NCBI GenBank assembly: GCA_964538435.1
Contig: CAZIDX010000006.1
Coordinates: 11,923 to 75,922, forward strand
Length of the DNA: 64,000 nucleotides
Source of the DNA: an uncultured Gammaproteobacteria bacterium
Lineage (GTDB): Bacteria > Patescibacteriota > Patescibacteriia > UBA9934 > GWF2-40-263
Reading direction: 5' to 3'
Part shown: positions 28,492 through 37,773 of the stretch, piece after piece
Layout of the letters: each line of letters opens with the position of its first letter
Position numbering within the stretch: the stretch's first letter is position 1
The notes under the pieces: model-generated
The model's database searches: none
Seen by the model: only the letters and a program-made list of their open reading frames with translations
What the model was told of the DNA's origin: nothing
Translations under genes and position numbers: made by a program

Positions 28492-29421
28492 TTATTTTCG
28501 TTTTCTTCGTCCAAGAGCAAAGACGCCGATTAAGACCACGAGAGCACCAAGCAGAGTAGATAGGAGTTGCCACGGTACAAGCGTGAACGCGCTTAACTCT
28601 ATAGAAAGCCGTTGGTTTCCTGCGTATTCGAGCTCAAGCTGTGCTGTCACAGGCCCCAGAGAGAACAATCGCATCTGCTCTGAAATGGTTTGGAGCCATC
28701 CCGATACCCCTGACTCAATGCTGACTGAATATGTTCGGGTGGAACCCGGAAGCACACGCCCCTCATTCTCGTTGATGTTGGCAGAACTGAGCACTCTTCC
28801 GAATACATCCTTTAGTAAGAGTGTTCCTTGTGGCATCACGTGAACATTCCCCTGGTTTTGAACACGAAACTCAAACTCTCCTTCTGGCAAAGATTTCATG
28901 GACTTACCACCCACCTCAACAAGGTCGAGGATTGCGGCTTGAGCATTCATCTCTACACCCCCGACACTGAGCAGAACAAGGACAGCTGTTTTCGCTTCAA
29001 TAATCGCCCCGTTTGATGCAACGACATCGTATGGGGCTGAAGACACAGTAATTGCAGCATAATGACCGCTGTTTTGCGCACTGTCTGGGATAAAGATCTC
29101 AAAAGGAACTTCTGCTTGTGAATGAGCTGGGATCACCACCTGAGACTCATTGAACCGAATCCAGTTCGCAAGCACCTGAGCTTCGTCTTCTTCCTCAAAA
29201 AATGTTGGTGATTGTCCATCTTCATCTGCCTGAAACCCCATGGTGTCCACAAAATACGTCTGGTCGGTGTCATTTGGGTTAATAATGGTGATTGATGAGC
29301 TGACCAGATCACTTCTATCTCCTTCAAGTTCAAGCACGGATGGAAGAACGGAAGCAGAAAGCACCGCAGAAGGAACCAGGAACGCTACCAGCGCAACAAT
29401 TGTGAGAAGAAGGCGTTTCAT
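28492..29421 (-). CDS. DUF916/WxL-binding-like exported protein with C-terminal membrane anchor
   Basis: Signal peptide, LANWI, V.F.I.IP....GHYAAI, VQNQGNVHV.P.G, VLPGSTR, C-terminal TM and basic tail. Confidence 0.75.
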   Translation of the reverse strand: MKRLLLTIVALVAFLVPSAVLSASVLPSVLELEGDRSDLVSSSITIINPNDTDQTYFVDTMGFQADEDGQSPTFFEEEDEAQVLANWIRFNESQVVIPAHSQAEVPFEIFIPDSAQNSGHYAAITVSSAPYDVVASNGAIIEAKTAVLVLLSVGGVEMNAQAAILDLVEVGGKSMKSLPEGEFEFRVQNQGNVHVMPQGTLLLKDVFGRVLSSANINENEGRVLPGSTRTYSVSIESGVSGWLQTISEQMRLFSLGPVTAQLELEYAGNQRLSIELSAFTLVPWQLLSTLLGALVVLIGVFALGRRKRK

Positions 29422-29422
29422 A

Positions 29423-30328
29423 TCAGAAGTTTCCTGAGGCAATGACTGAAATCGTGTGACCGTATGATCCAGCAGTTGAGGTTGTTGCTGCTGCAATCTT
29501 TAGAGCTAGGAAGTCTCTGGACTCAAAGGCAAACGTTGATTCTGTATCGACATCCTGGAATGACGTGGTAATTGCTGAGTCTTCTGTGTCAAAACTTGAA
29601 TCTGTAAGTGTTGTGTCTGAGGAGCGAGCACCGTATTCTTCTGATCCAGCTGTAACTGTTCCGTCGCTGACATCTGAAAACGATGCGGCCCCGTCCCTGA
29701 GATTTCCATCCTCAACCACCTGAACAACATATCCGTTGCTATTATCAACGGTTACCTCCCATCCAATCACTGCCAAATCAACAGTTGTTGCATCCAGGTT
29801 GCCAAATCCGATTGATGCACCATTGAGTTCATAGACATAGTCACCTGATGCATCTGGAACAGGCATTGTTCCGGCGTGCTTCCACTCGTCAACAGTTACT
29901 TCTCCTGTTCCAACGACTGTTATTTGACCAATGGCTACGACATTGTCTGTTCCATAGTCCTCTACAACCGAGATGTAATCATCGACGACCAATCCAGATG
30001 TTGAGGAAACCGTCACAGTGTTTCCGCTGATTGCCCCTGCTGTGCGTCCGGTTCCTGAGCTTGTTGCGAAAAGATCGAATTTTATTATCTGTGCAAAATC
30101 ACCTGATCGATAACCTTGATCAAGCTGATACGAGGAGCTAGTAGATGTTCCTGCCACACCGGTCTCTACGGTGTCATGCAATTGATAGCTGGTGGAACTT
30201 GAAGTATCGGACCCACCGGTACTAAACGTATCCCACCGAATTTGGTAATTGGTAGAGCTCATTTGCGCGCTGGCAAAACTCGCCCATACAAAAACCCCCA
30301 CAATTGCAAAGGCTAGAGGTTTCCCCAT
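29423..30328 (-). CDS. Secreted WxL-like cell-surface protein
   Basis: Signal peptide, MSSTNYQI, V.AGSEEYG, C-terminal AGSY...ISVIASGNF; first gene of the surface operon. Confidence 0.7.
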   Translation of the reverse strand: MGKPLAFAIVGVFVWASFASAQMSSTNYQIRWDTFSTGGSDTSSSTSYQLHDTVETGVAGTSTSSSYQLDQGYRSGDFAQIIKFDLFATSSGTGRTAGAISGNTVTVSSTSGLVVDDYISVVEDYGTDNVVAIGQITVVGTGEVTVDEWKHAGTMPVPDASGDYVYELNGASIGFGNLDATTVDLAVIGWEVTVDNSNGYVVQVVEDGNLRDGAASFSDVSDGTVTAGSEEYGARSSDTTLTDSSFDTEDSAITTSFQDVDTESTFAFESRDFLALKIAAATTSTAGSYGHTISVIASGNF

Positions 30329-30654
30329 ATCTTTCTATCCTTTACAAACATAGTATATCATGAATACGAAAAGTAGTCAACCTAGGATTATGCTAAGTTT
30401 AGCAAAGAAATTATGGTTTGGAAGGATAAAATGAGCCCATTTCTGGCCTTGAGGGCCAAAAATGGGCACTTTTTTAGATTTATCCACATATTTAGCATGT
30501 TTGTCTACACTATACTGGACAAATAGATCAAAAATCGGTGTTTTGTTTCCTGTGAAACCAATTACAGCTTCTATTCCTGATAGTTTGTGTTAAACAAAAA
30601 GACACGGTTATTTCCGTGTCTTTTTATCTTCTAAGAAGGGCACTTCCTTCTTTT

Positions 30655-31329
30655 TTATCTTACACCAACGATTATCTGTTCAATCTTCTTCACACATGCT
30701 TCTAAGCTCTCAAATACATCGTTTGCAATTGAAAAGTCTAACCCTGCTGAGTATTTTCCTGGGATAGCACAAACATGTGTACCTGCACCACAAGCAGATT
30801 CTACGCCACTATAGGAATCCTCAATTGAAATACAATGTTTTGGTTCAGTCCCCGCTTTCTTTGCTCCCAGGACAAATGGCTCTGGATCTGGTTTCCCGTT
30901 TTCAACAGAATCAGCAGTTACCCATCCATCAAATGGATTTTGAAGCTGCAAGATATCAAAGTTCCTCAGCACTGATCTTTCTAGAGATGATGTAACGAGG
31001 ATGAATTTGATGTTATTTGCTTTTACTAGTTCAACCAATCTTTCAAACCCAGGCATGAGATGCATTCTTTTCTTCACAAGCTCATGCTCAAGCTCAGATA
31101 ATCTTTTCCTGAAAACATCTTGCTCGACATTCATACCCAGCGTATCTATCAAATAACGCGACCAGTGGTCACCTGTGGTTCCTAGAATATCTCGATGATG
31201 CACTTCTGTGAACTCGCCACCGAACTCAGAGCACACTTGCCTGAAACAGCTGTGTGAAATTTCTTCTGTGTTAATAATTGTGCCATCCATGTCACAGAGG
31301 ACAGCTTTAAGTTCATGTTCCATAGACAT
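30655..31329 (-). CDS. HAD-superfamily phosphatase (beta-PGM/CbbY-like)
   Basis: DMDGT, LVTSS, GKPDPEPF and IEDS..GV.SA motifs. Confidence 0.92.
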   Translation of the reverse strand: MSMEHELKAVLCDMDGTIINTEEISHSCFRQVCSEFGGEFTEVHHRDILGTTGDHWSRYLIDTLGMNVEQDVFRKRLSELEHELVKKRMHLMPGFERLVELVKANNIKFILVTSSLERSVLRNFDILQLQNPFDGWVTADSVENGKPDPEPFVLGAKKAGTEPKHCISIEDSYSGVESACGAGTHVCAIPGKYSAGLDFSIANDVFESLEACVKKIEQIIVGVR

Positions 31330-31351
31330 GTTTCACAAGGAACAGATTTAG

Positions 31352-31427
31352 TGGTGTCCCCGGGAGGACTCGAACCCCCATGTCATCCTTAGGAGGGATG
31401 CGCTCTATCCTGTTGAGCTACAGGGAC
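31352..31427 (-). tRNA. tRNA-Arg(CCT)
   Basis: GTCCCTG/CGGGGAC acceptor stem, CATCC-CTCCTAA-GGATG anticodon arm, CCA end. Confidence 0.95.
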
Positions 31428-31518
31428 ATTATGTGTCGTAAAACGTTAAACTTCTTTTCGTGATATACTGTAGTTCGACGTAATTGTACGTCTCAATCCA
31501 CTAAGCGTCAAAGCACCT

Positions 31519-32634
31519 ATGCTAACTGAAATCTTGCTTGCAGTCGTCATTGCTCTTCTTGTTGCTGTCTTGTTGTTTCTTTTAAAAAAGCGACCTGTTT
31601 CCTCAGAGCAAGCCGACACTCAGCTCTTTACTCTTATCAATGATCTGAGGAAGGAGATTCAAAGCACTACAAACTCTTCGCGAAAAGAAGTTGAGACAAA
31701 GCTCGATCAGATGCATGAGCGTATGGTTTCTAACTTAAACACGTCCTCAGCAACGCTGCAAAAGCATTTTAAGCACACTCTGTCTTCCTTTGCAGGTGTA
31801 AAGGAGCAACTCACACAGCTTGATGAGACAAATAAGCAGGTACTTGGGTTCTCAGAGCAGCTTCAGAGCCTTGAAAACATTCTTAAAAACCCAAAACAGA
31901 GAGGTATTCTTGGTGAGTATTGGCTAGAGTCGCTTTTGGGGCAGGTTCTGGCGCCAGGACAGTACAAAATGCAGCATCATCTCGGTACTGATGAGAAGAC
32001 TGGGCAGAAACTTATTCCAGATGCTGTTCTATTTATCAAGGATCTTGTTGTTCCAATTGACGCTAAGTTTTCCCTTGAAAATTACAATAGAATCTCCCAG
32101 GAGCCTGATGCTACGAGGCGAAGCAAGCTTGAAAAGGAATTTAAGGCTGATGTGAAGCTTCGTATTGACGAAACAGCTAAGTATATTCAACCAGAAAAGG
32201 GGACTACGAACTTCTCATTCATGTTTGTTCCAGCAGAAGGGGTGTACCACAACCTTATTACTTCAGATGTTGGTGCTGTAAAGGTGAATACACGCAACTT
32301 GATTGAGTACGCTTTTGAAAAAGGAGTGATGATTGTGTCGCCAACCAGCTTCTTTGCCTACCTTCAGACCGTCATTCTTGGCCTTAAAGCGCTTCAAATA
32401 GAAGACTCGGTCAAGGAGATCCAAAAGCAGGCAGAGGCCCTTATGAGGCACATGAAGGCTTATGAGGATCACCATAATCGTGTTGGAAAACATCTTGATA
32501 CTACTGTTAGGGCCTATTCAGCCTCAAATAAGGAGCTTGGGAAGATTGATAAGGACATCTTTCGCATCACAGGAGGGGATGCAGGAAAGGAACTTGAGCT
32601 TCTTGAGGTCGATCTGCCTAGCAAGGACGAATAG
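31519..32634 (+). CDS. rmuC: DNA recombination protein RmuC
   Basis: N-terminal TM, coiled coil, L.NPKQRG.LGE..LE, PD......IDAKF, KYI.P..T..F..MFVPAEG and SPT motifs. Confidence 0.93.
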   Translation: MLTEILLAVVIALLVAVLLFLLKKRPVSSEQADTQLFTLINDLRKEIQSTTNSSRKEVETKLDQMHERMVSNLNTSSATLQKHFKHTLSSFAGVKEQLTQLDETNKQVLGFSEQLQSLENILKNPKQRGILGEYWLESLLGQVLAPGQYKMQHHLGTDEKTGQKLIPDAVLFIKDLVVPIDAKFSLENYNRISQEPDATRRSKLEKEFKADVKLRIDETAKYIQPEKGTTNFSFMFVPAEGVYHNLITSDVGAVKVNTRNLIEYAFEKGVMIVSPTSFFAYLQTVILGLKALQIEDSVKEIQKQAEALMRHMKAYEDHHNRVGKHLDTTVRAYSASNKELGKIDKDIFRITGGDAGKELELLEVDLPSKDE

Positions 32635-32711
32635 TTGACAACTTGGCCAATTCGGCTATACTACCCGCGTCTCAGTTAGCTACTGCTAACATCACACGCT
32701 CAAGCAAAACT

Positions 32712-32981
32712 ATGCCAAATTTAGCAAATGCAAAAAAAGCTCTACGTCAGAGTGATAAGCGAGCTCAGCGAAACAAAATTGTGAAAGCTGAGATCAAGTC
32801 TCTTCGCGTAAAGCTTAGAAAGATGATTGATGCTGCAAATACCAAGGAAGCTCAAGCGATTGCTCAGGTGATCTGCAAGAAGCTTGATAAGGCTCAGCAG
32901 AAGAACATCTACAAAAAGAACACTGTAGCGCGATACAAATCTCGACTCATGAAGAAAGTAAACGCGCTTACAACCAAGTAA
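32712..32981 (+). CDS. rpsT: 30S ribosomal protein bS20
   Basis: MPN...AKKALRQS.KR..RN, LDKA..K..YKKN..AR.KSRL. Confidence 0.96.
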   Translation: MPNLANAKKALRQSDKRAQRNKIVKAEIKSLRVKLRKMIDAANTKEAQAIAQVICKKLDKAQQKNIYKKNTVARYKSRLMKKVNALTTK

Positions 32982-33022
32982 ACAAAAAAGCAGTCTCTCA
33001 CGAGCTGCTTTTTGGTTTGCAT

Positions 33023-33634
33023 TTAGTCTGAGAGCTCTGTGATATAACCATCTTCAATGTAGAGAGCTTGAGCATCGGTTAGAACAAAGGTTTTGAGATC
33101 TGTTTTTGCCATTCCTTTGTCTGTTGCTTCTTTGTGTTGCTGCTCAAAGTGCACTGACACAAGAAAAGGCACAAGCCCCATGCCTTCCAAGCCCTGATTT
33201 TCTTCTGGGAAGTATTTTGTTGTTTCTTTCCAGAGACACATCTCGAGTGACGGACATGCTACATAGGCACCTGCACTTGTCCCGGAGTAGAGCACACCTT
33301 TTTCCATCAGCTCCTCGAGTACTTCTTGGAATCCAGATTCTTTGATTGCTCGCATGAGATAGAACGTATTGCCTCCATGCATGTAGATTACGTCTTTTTC
33401 AGCAAGGAGCTCTCTGAGCTCGTCCTGGTTCTTGCCCTCAATATCGATCTCTTCATACTCAAATGGCATTTTATTCATGCGCTCATAGTGCTTTTGCATG
33501 TAATCCGTACCAGTTGCGCCGTTTTTTGCTGTTGTCACCCAAGCGATCTTTGCTTGGTCAAGAGGCTTTTCGACATATTCATCAACATGTTCGTACCAAT
33601 AGTCTGAGGCAGATGTGAGAAGAAGTTTTTTCAT
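33023..33634 (-). CDS. Peptidase E (S51, class I glutamine amidotransferase-like)
   Basis: IYMHGGNTFYL, YSGTSAGA nucleophile motif, GMGLVPF...VH. Confidence 0.9.
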   Translation of the reverse strand: MKKLLLTSASDYWYEHVDEYVEKPLDQAKIAWVTTAKNGATGTDYMQKHYERMNKMPFEYEEIDIEGKNQDELRELLAEKDVIYMHGGNTFYLMRAIKESGFQEVLEELMEKGVLYSGTSAGAYVACPSLEMCLWKETTKYFPEENQGLEGMGLVPFLVSVHFEQQHKEATDKGMAKTDLKTFVLTDAQALYIEDGYITELSD

Positions 33635-33635
33635 A

Positions 33636-34088
33636 TTATTCTCCTAAAGCCTTGAGGGCTTTGGTTCCGTAATAGGTTACGTTCTCGAGAAGATCGTCTG
33701 AGCCTAACTCTTCTTTTGTAAACCACTTAATATCGTTATGTTCTTGCTCGGCTAGCACGATCTTGTCTGTCTTGCTGGTTGCAAAGTAGACCATGCCGAT
33801 GTGTCTGTGCTCGTCCGTGATCTTGTGGATGTCGAGATAGACCGGTGGGATGAGTGATTTTATGTGGTCAGAGTCAATATTCTCACGCGCGCCCATGATT
33901 TGGACATCAAGACCGCTCTCTTCTTTAATCTCGCGCATGAGAGCTTGCTCTGGATCCTCGTCGAGTTCAATGTGACCACCCACTGGGAGCCAGGTGTCGA
34001 GTTTTTTGTGGTGCACAAGCAGGACTTTATCTGCGTGAACAATGAACGCGGCGATTGTGAAATCAATCAAATCGTGAAGGTGGGCCAT
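33636..34088 (-). CDS. NUDIX hydrolase
   Basis: Nudix box GGHIELDEDPEQALMREIKEESGL. Confidence 0.93.
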   Translation of the reverse strand: MAHLHDLIDFTIAAFIVHADKVLLVHHKKLDTWLPVGGHIELDEDPEQALMREIKEESGLDVQIMGARENIDSDHIKSLIPPVYLDIHKITDEHRHIGMVYFATSKTDKIVLAEQEHNDIKWFTKEELGSDDLLENVTYYGTKALKALGE

Positions 34089-34091
34089 AGT

Positions 34092-35069
34092 CTATTTTGT
34101 TAAAAGTTTTGTTGTTGTGAGATCAACTGCGAGCTTGGCGTCGATTTGACCAGTTTTCAGTTTTTGATCGAACTCGAATAATAAGTCGTGCGCGCTGCGC
34201 AGGGTGTCCATGTTGAATCCGCGTGCTTGTTGCAAGGCTTTTTGCGCAACAAAGGGATGCACACTCAGTGCGCTTGCGAGTTCTTGCTTGGTCACAGCTG
34301 GATTCTCATCGAGAAGGGCGCGTGCACCAAGCAGGATTCGCACCTGACGACCAAGCATAGTGAGTAGGTAGTGATCGTTTGCACCTGACCATCGCTCTTC
34401 TTCGAGTAGTTTGAGGGCTTGTTTTGGTTGTCTGCGCGAAATCGCGTCGATGAGATCAAAGATCTTTCCTTCAAATGATGCATGTACGAGCCTGTCCACC
34501 ATTTCTAAATCGATTTGCTTACCTGATGCAAAAGAAACGAGTTTGCTGATCTCATGATCCATTTGCCAAAGGTCTGGGCCAACGCGCTCGATCAGCCCCT
34601 GCATTGCCTGCCTGCCAATTGTGCCACCACGTTCTTTTACGCGCGTTGCAATCCACTTTCCAAGCTTGGTACCATCGAGCTCTGGAAATGGGTAGTGATG
34701 GACATCTGCTTCGTCTTTTAATGCCTTGAAGATGGCTTTTTTCTCAAGCGTCTTTGGGCTGGTTGTTTCCCAGAAGATCACGATACTCGACTGAGGCGAT
34801 GACTTTAGCCCATCCACCCAAATGTCCATGTCAGCTTTTTTTGTATTTGTGACAAGATCACGAATAATAACCATGCGCCTATCTCCCATGAATGGAAGTG
34901 ACTTGATAGCTTGCAGCACCTCACCTGGCTCAAGCTTTGTTTTGTTTTGAGCAGGAAACTCGGCAGTGTTAAGGCCGGTTGGATCAAACTTTTCCTTAAA
35001 CGCCTTTTTCATTGCCTGAACCTTTTCTTGCACTTGAAATGTGTCGTCTCCGTAGATAAAGATGAGCAT
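34092..35069 (-). CDS. holA: DNA polymerase III delta subunit
   Basis: MLIFIYGDD, SLPFMGDRRMVII, E..KL, IFDLIDAI, HPFVAQK and D.KLKTG. Confidence 0.93.
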   Translation of the reverse strand: MLIFIYGDDTFQVQEKVQAMKKAFKEKFDPTGLNTAEFPAQNKTKLEPGEVLQAIKSLPFMGDRRMVIIRDLVTNTKKADMDIWVDGLKSSPQSSIVIFWETTSPKTLEKKAIFKALKDEADVHHYPFPELDGTKLGKWIATRVKERGGTIGRQAMQGLIERVGPDLWQMDHEISKLVSFASGKQIDLEMVDRLVHASFEGKIFDLIDAISRRQPKQALKLLEEERWSGANDHYLLTMLGRQVRILLGARALLDENPAVTKQELASALSVHPFVAQKALQQARGFNMDTLRSAHDLLFEFDQKLKTGQIDAKLAVDLTTTKLLTK

Positions 35070-35164
35070 AGTGTGGTCATGTTACCTGATGGGGGCTTGC
35101 CAGGGAAGTGAGGGTGTGGTGAGGTGTTGGTGACGGGACAGACCCGTTAGATTGGAGCGGAAGA

Positions 35165-35962
35165 GTGACACGCGGAACAGAGAATGCTTCGAGCAATGTA
35201 GCGCAGGAGTTCGATGCGCCCATCATCAAGCTTACGAACCTGATCCTCCTCGATATCTGTCGCAAGGATGCAACAGGTTCCCGCTGGGTGGAGGGCGAAC
35301 GAACCCTCCAGATTAACTACATCATCGATGATGTCGAGCATCAGGTCATGCGCCCGCCGCACAAGCTTCTTGGGTCCATGCTCGCGTACCTGCGACATCT
35401 GTGCGGGGTCGGGCCCGAGGACATGGGAGGATCAGCAACCCTCTCCAGCGAAGAGTTCGGAGAGGTGGTGTACAACATCACGTTCCCGAACACGAAGCTT
35501 GTGGAAGGCGGCACGCTCGTGTGCGAGATCACGGCGCACGTAGAAAGCGAGGGGCAAGATCTGGGAATCGTTCTAGGAGGCAGGCGCCGTCTGTACACGC
35601 TCGAGGAAGTGATCGAGCCAGAGCGAATTCCAGTCGTCTTCGGCCTTGCGACCAACATCATTCTCCGTGAGCTGCGTCGGCAGGGTGCGGAATTGATCTT
35701 GGTTGTACTTGGTGAGAGGCTGGCCTTTCACTACACGATCGGTGATCGCATGCCGATGCACAACTCGTTTTCTGCCAAGAGGTGGGAGCACATCGAGAAG
35801 CATCTGCGCGAGAGCTCGAACTTCGATGAGGAGAAGGGGCTCGGCAAGATCGAGTTTCCCGAGACGCACCACTACCATGCATGCGAGTTGGATGTCACGT
35901 TCCCGGACGAGCCGTTCGAGGGAGGTGGTCAGCTCGTGTGTGAGATCGTGGTCAACTACTAG
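35165..35962 (+). CDS. Hypothetical protein of two degenerate PilB/GspE N2D-like domains, no ATPase domain
   Basis: DAPIIKLTNLILLD...ATG....E..LQINYIIDDV..VMRPP.KL resembles PilB DAP.VKLVN.IL.DA...ASDIH.E....VRYRIDG; internal duplication (ITFP....EGG.LVCEI occurs twice). Confidence 0.65.
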   Translation: MTRGTENASSNVAQEFDAPIIKLTNLILLDICRKDATGSRWVEGERTLQINYIIDDVEHQVMRPPHKLLGSMLAYLRHLCGVGPEDMGGSATLSSEEFGEVVYNITFPNTKLVEGGTLVCEITAHVESEGQDLGIVLGGRRRLYTLEEVIEPERIPVVFGLATNIILRELRRQGAELILVVLGERLAFHYTIGDRMPMHNSFSAKRWEHIEKHLRESSNFDEEKGLGKIEFPETHHYHACELDVTFPDEPFEGGGQLVCEIVVNY

Positions 35963-36011
35963 AAAACCTGGCACGTAGCCAGGCTTTCACGTCCCGCCAA
36001 TGGCGGGATTT

Positions 36012-36782
36012 CTAATTGTATTCTTCGAGCATGGCACGGAAGATTTCTCTTTGGCTTTCTGCAAATGCTGCGTCGTGGATTTCCACAAGACGTTCAGGTT
36101 TGGACGTGAGCGAGAAGAGCACCACATAATCTCCCATGACCCAGAGTGTGGATGTGAAGTGTTTTTTGTTTTTCCATTCGATAATCTTGCGCTGTTCATA
36201 TCCTTTGTTTGCTACAGCGATCTCTGCTTCCGTTTGATTACTGAAAAGTATGAGCTTGATCATTTTTGGAGCATTGTTCCAATACCAGTCAATCCAGGCT
36301 GCAAAACGTTTTGGAAACTCTGGCTCCTGAAACCCAAGGTATGAACCATCACTAGCTAATATGCTCTCATTCCACACAGGTGTTCGTCGATATAGAAACT
36401 CTTCGATTTGTTCTCCGAGAATATATTGAACTTTTGGAACCGGAACTGTTGCTGTGCGCTCGATGTCTTGGACTTGTTTCATTGCTGTGTTCACAAGCTC
36501 TTTTTTCTTGTTGAGCTTTTCTTGCTCTTTCCGAACCACTCGGCCAAGCGCGTCAGGGGAGGAGGCAATGAAGAACCTTTTACCACCCCGATGTTCTTCT
36601 TTAATGAGCCCACGATCGATCAATGCCTTTGCAACCGAGTACACCGTCGTTCTATTGATATTTGTGATGTGTGAGAGTTCAGTTGCTGGGATTTGGCCGT
36701 GTTTTTGAATTGCAAGATACACAGCGGTTTCGTTGGCTGTGAAGTCTAGTTGAGTGAGGATTTGCTTGAGATTTGCTTGCAT
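36012..36782 (-). CDS. TrmB-family transcriptional regulator
   Basis: L..L.F...E..VYLA, INRTTVYSV..L..RGL and a C-terminal PLD-like effector domain. ATG 8 nt after TTGACG-17-TAGAAT. Confidence 0.88.
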   Translation of the reverse strand: MQANLKQILTQLDFTANETAVYLAIQKHGQIPATELSHITNINRTTVYSVAKALIDRGLIKEEHRGGKRFFIASSPDALGRVVRKEQEKLNKKKELVNTAMKQVQDIERTATVPVPKVQYILGEQIEEFLYRRTPVWNESILASDGSYLGFQEPEFPKRFAAWIDWYWNNAPKMIKLILFSNQTEAEIAVANKGYEQRKIIEWKNKKHFTSTLWVMGDYVVLFSLTSKPERLVEIHDAAFAESQREIFRAMLEEYN

Positions 36783-36869
36783 ACACGGATATTCTACCAT
36801 TTTGTTGGAGCTTCGTCAACAATATATAGTTTTGTCTTTAAAAATAGGGTTTTTCTTGTTCTTGATGGA

Positions 36870-37031
36870 TTGACATTTTAGCTTCAGCGTGGTAGTATGT
36901 AGTCACAAGATACAAACAGCACCTTACAACTTGGAGAGAGCCCTTACACTTGTGGGATACAAGTGATCACAAGTTTTTGTGATGAGAAAAGCCCGGCTCT
37001 CTAGCTTCTTAGAGAATCGGGCTCTTTCTTT
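36870..37031 (+). promoter_or_regulatory. Promoter and structured leader with terminator/antiterminator
   Basis: TTGACA-17-TAGTAT; two hairpins enclosed by AGAGAGCC/GGCTCTCT, which overlaps the terminator AGCCCG...CGGGCT-CTTTCTTT. Confidence 0.55.
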
Positions 37032-37066
37032 ACAACAACACGCGGCGCGGCCGCAGAGGAGAAGAC

Positions 37067-37687
37067 ATGACGAACAAGAACTATGATGACTACACGGATG
37101 CCGTTCATGCCTATATGCACTCTTCGCTAGAAGTGCGAAGGATCCAAGCAAATCTTACCAATGCTCAGATTGAGCACTCGAAGGCTGCAGAGATTCTGGG
37201 TAAGACAATGTTCGAAGTCGGCTTTGAGCACACCCTGTCTTACAAATTCAAATTTGTTCCGCTGGATGGCTACGGAACACTTCTCATCATCCCAGGAACG
37301 TCTGGCGCCCTGCTGCTGAACTACAAAAACTATGGGTCTGACGTACATCGGTACTGGGTCAGGGCTTCTGAGCATTTCTACAAGCGGCTGTACCTGATGT
37401 GCGGCTGCTGTGGTTGGACCACGGGAGAAAAGGGAGACCCTGATGTGATGCGAGGGTTGCTCGAGCGCGCTTGCACGGAGCACGGGATCAAGTACGTGTT
37501 TTTGCGTCGGGCAGAGCACATGCGTGAGGGACTTGGTGAGATCAACGGATTCGAGCTGGTCGAGGGGAGTTACAGAGAACTTTCTGAGAAGCTGCATGTT
37601 GACACGGTTCCTTTCCTGAAAGAGCTCGGAATCTACACCAGAGGAAACGTTCCGCACCGTGGTCAGCGCAAGGATCAGTTTTGCTGA
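37067..37687 (+). CDS. Hypothetical protein
   Basis: 206 aa ORF, GAGGAG SD, terminator at 37696-37730. Confidence 0.75.
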   Translation: MTNKNYDDYTDAVHAYMHSSLEVRRIQANLTNAQIEHSKAAEILGKTMFEVGFEHTLSYKFKFVPLDGYGTLLIIPGTSGALLLNYKNYGSDVHRYWVRASEHFYKRLYLMCGCCGWTTGEKGDPDVMRGLLERACTEHGIKYVFLRRAEHMREGLGEINGFELVEGSYRELSEKLHVDTVPFLKELGIYTRGNVPHRGQRKDQFC

Positions 37688-37773
37688 GCACACGAACCCG
37701 GAGGAGATGCGATATCTTCTCCGGGTTTTTCGTTTACAAAAACAGAGTCCTCAGACTCTGTTTTCTATTTGCT

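Noticed and set aside
30329-30654. Replication origin or dif site
   Set aside because: There is only one perfect DnaA box (TTATCCACA, 30480-30488) and no dnaA/dnaN nearby. The TTATGCTAAGT half-site lacks a matching XerC arm.
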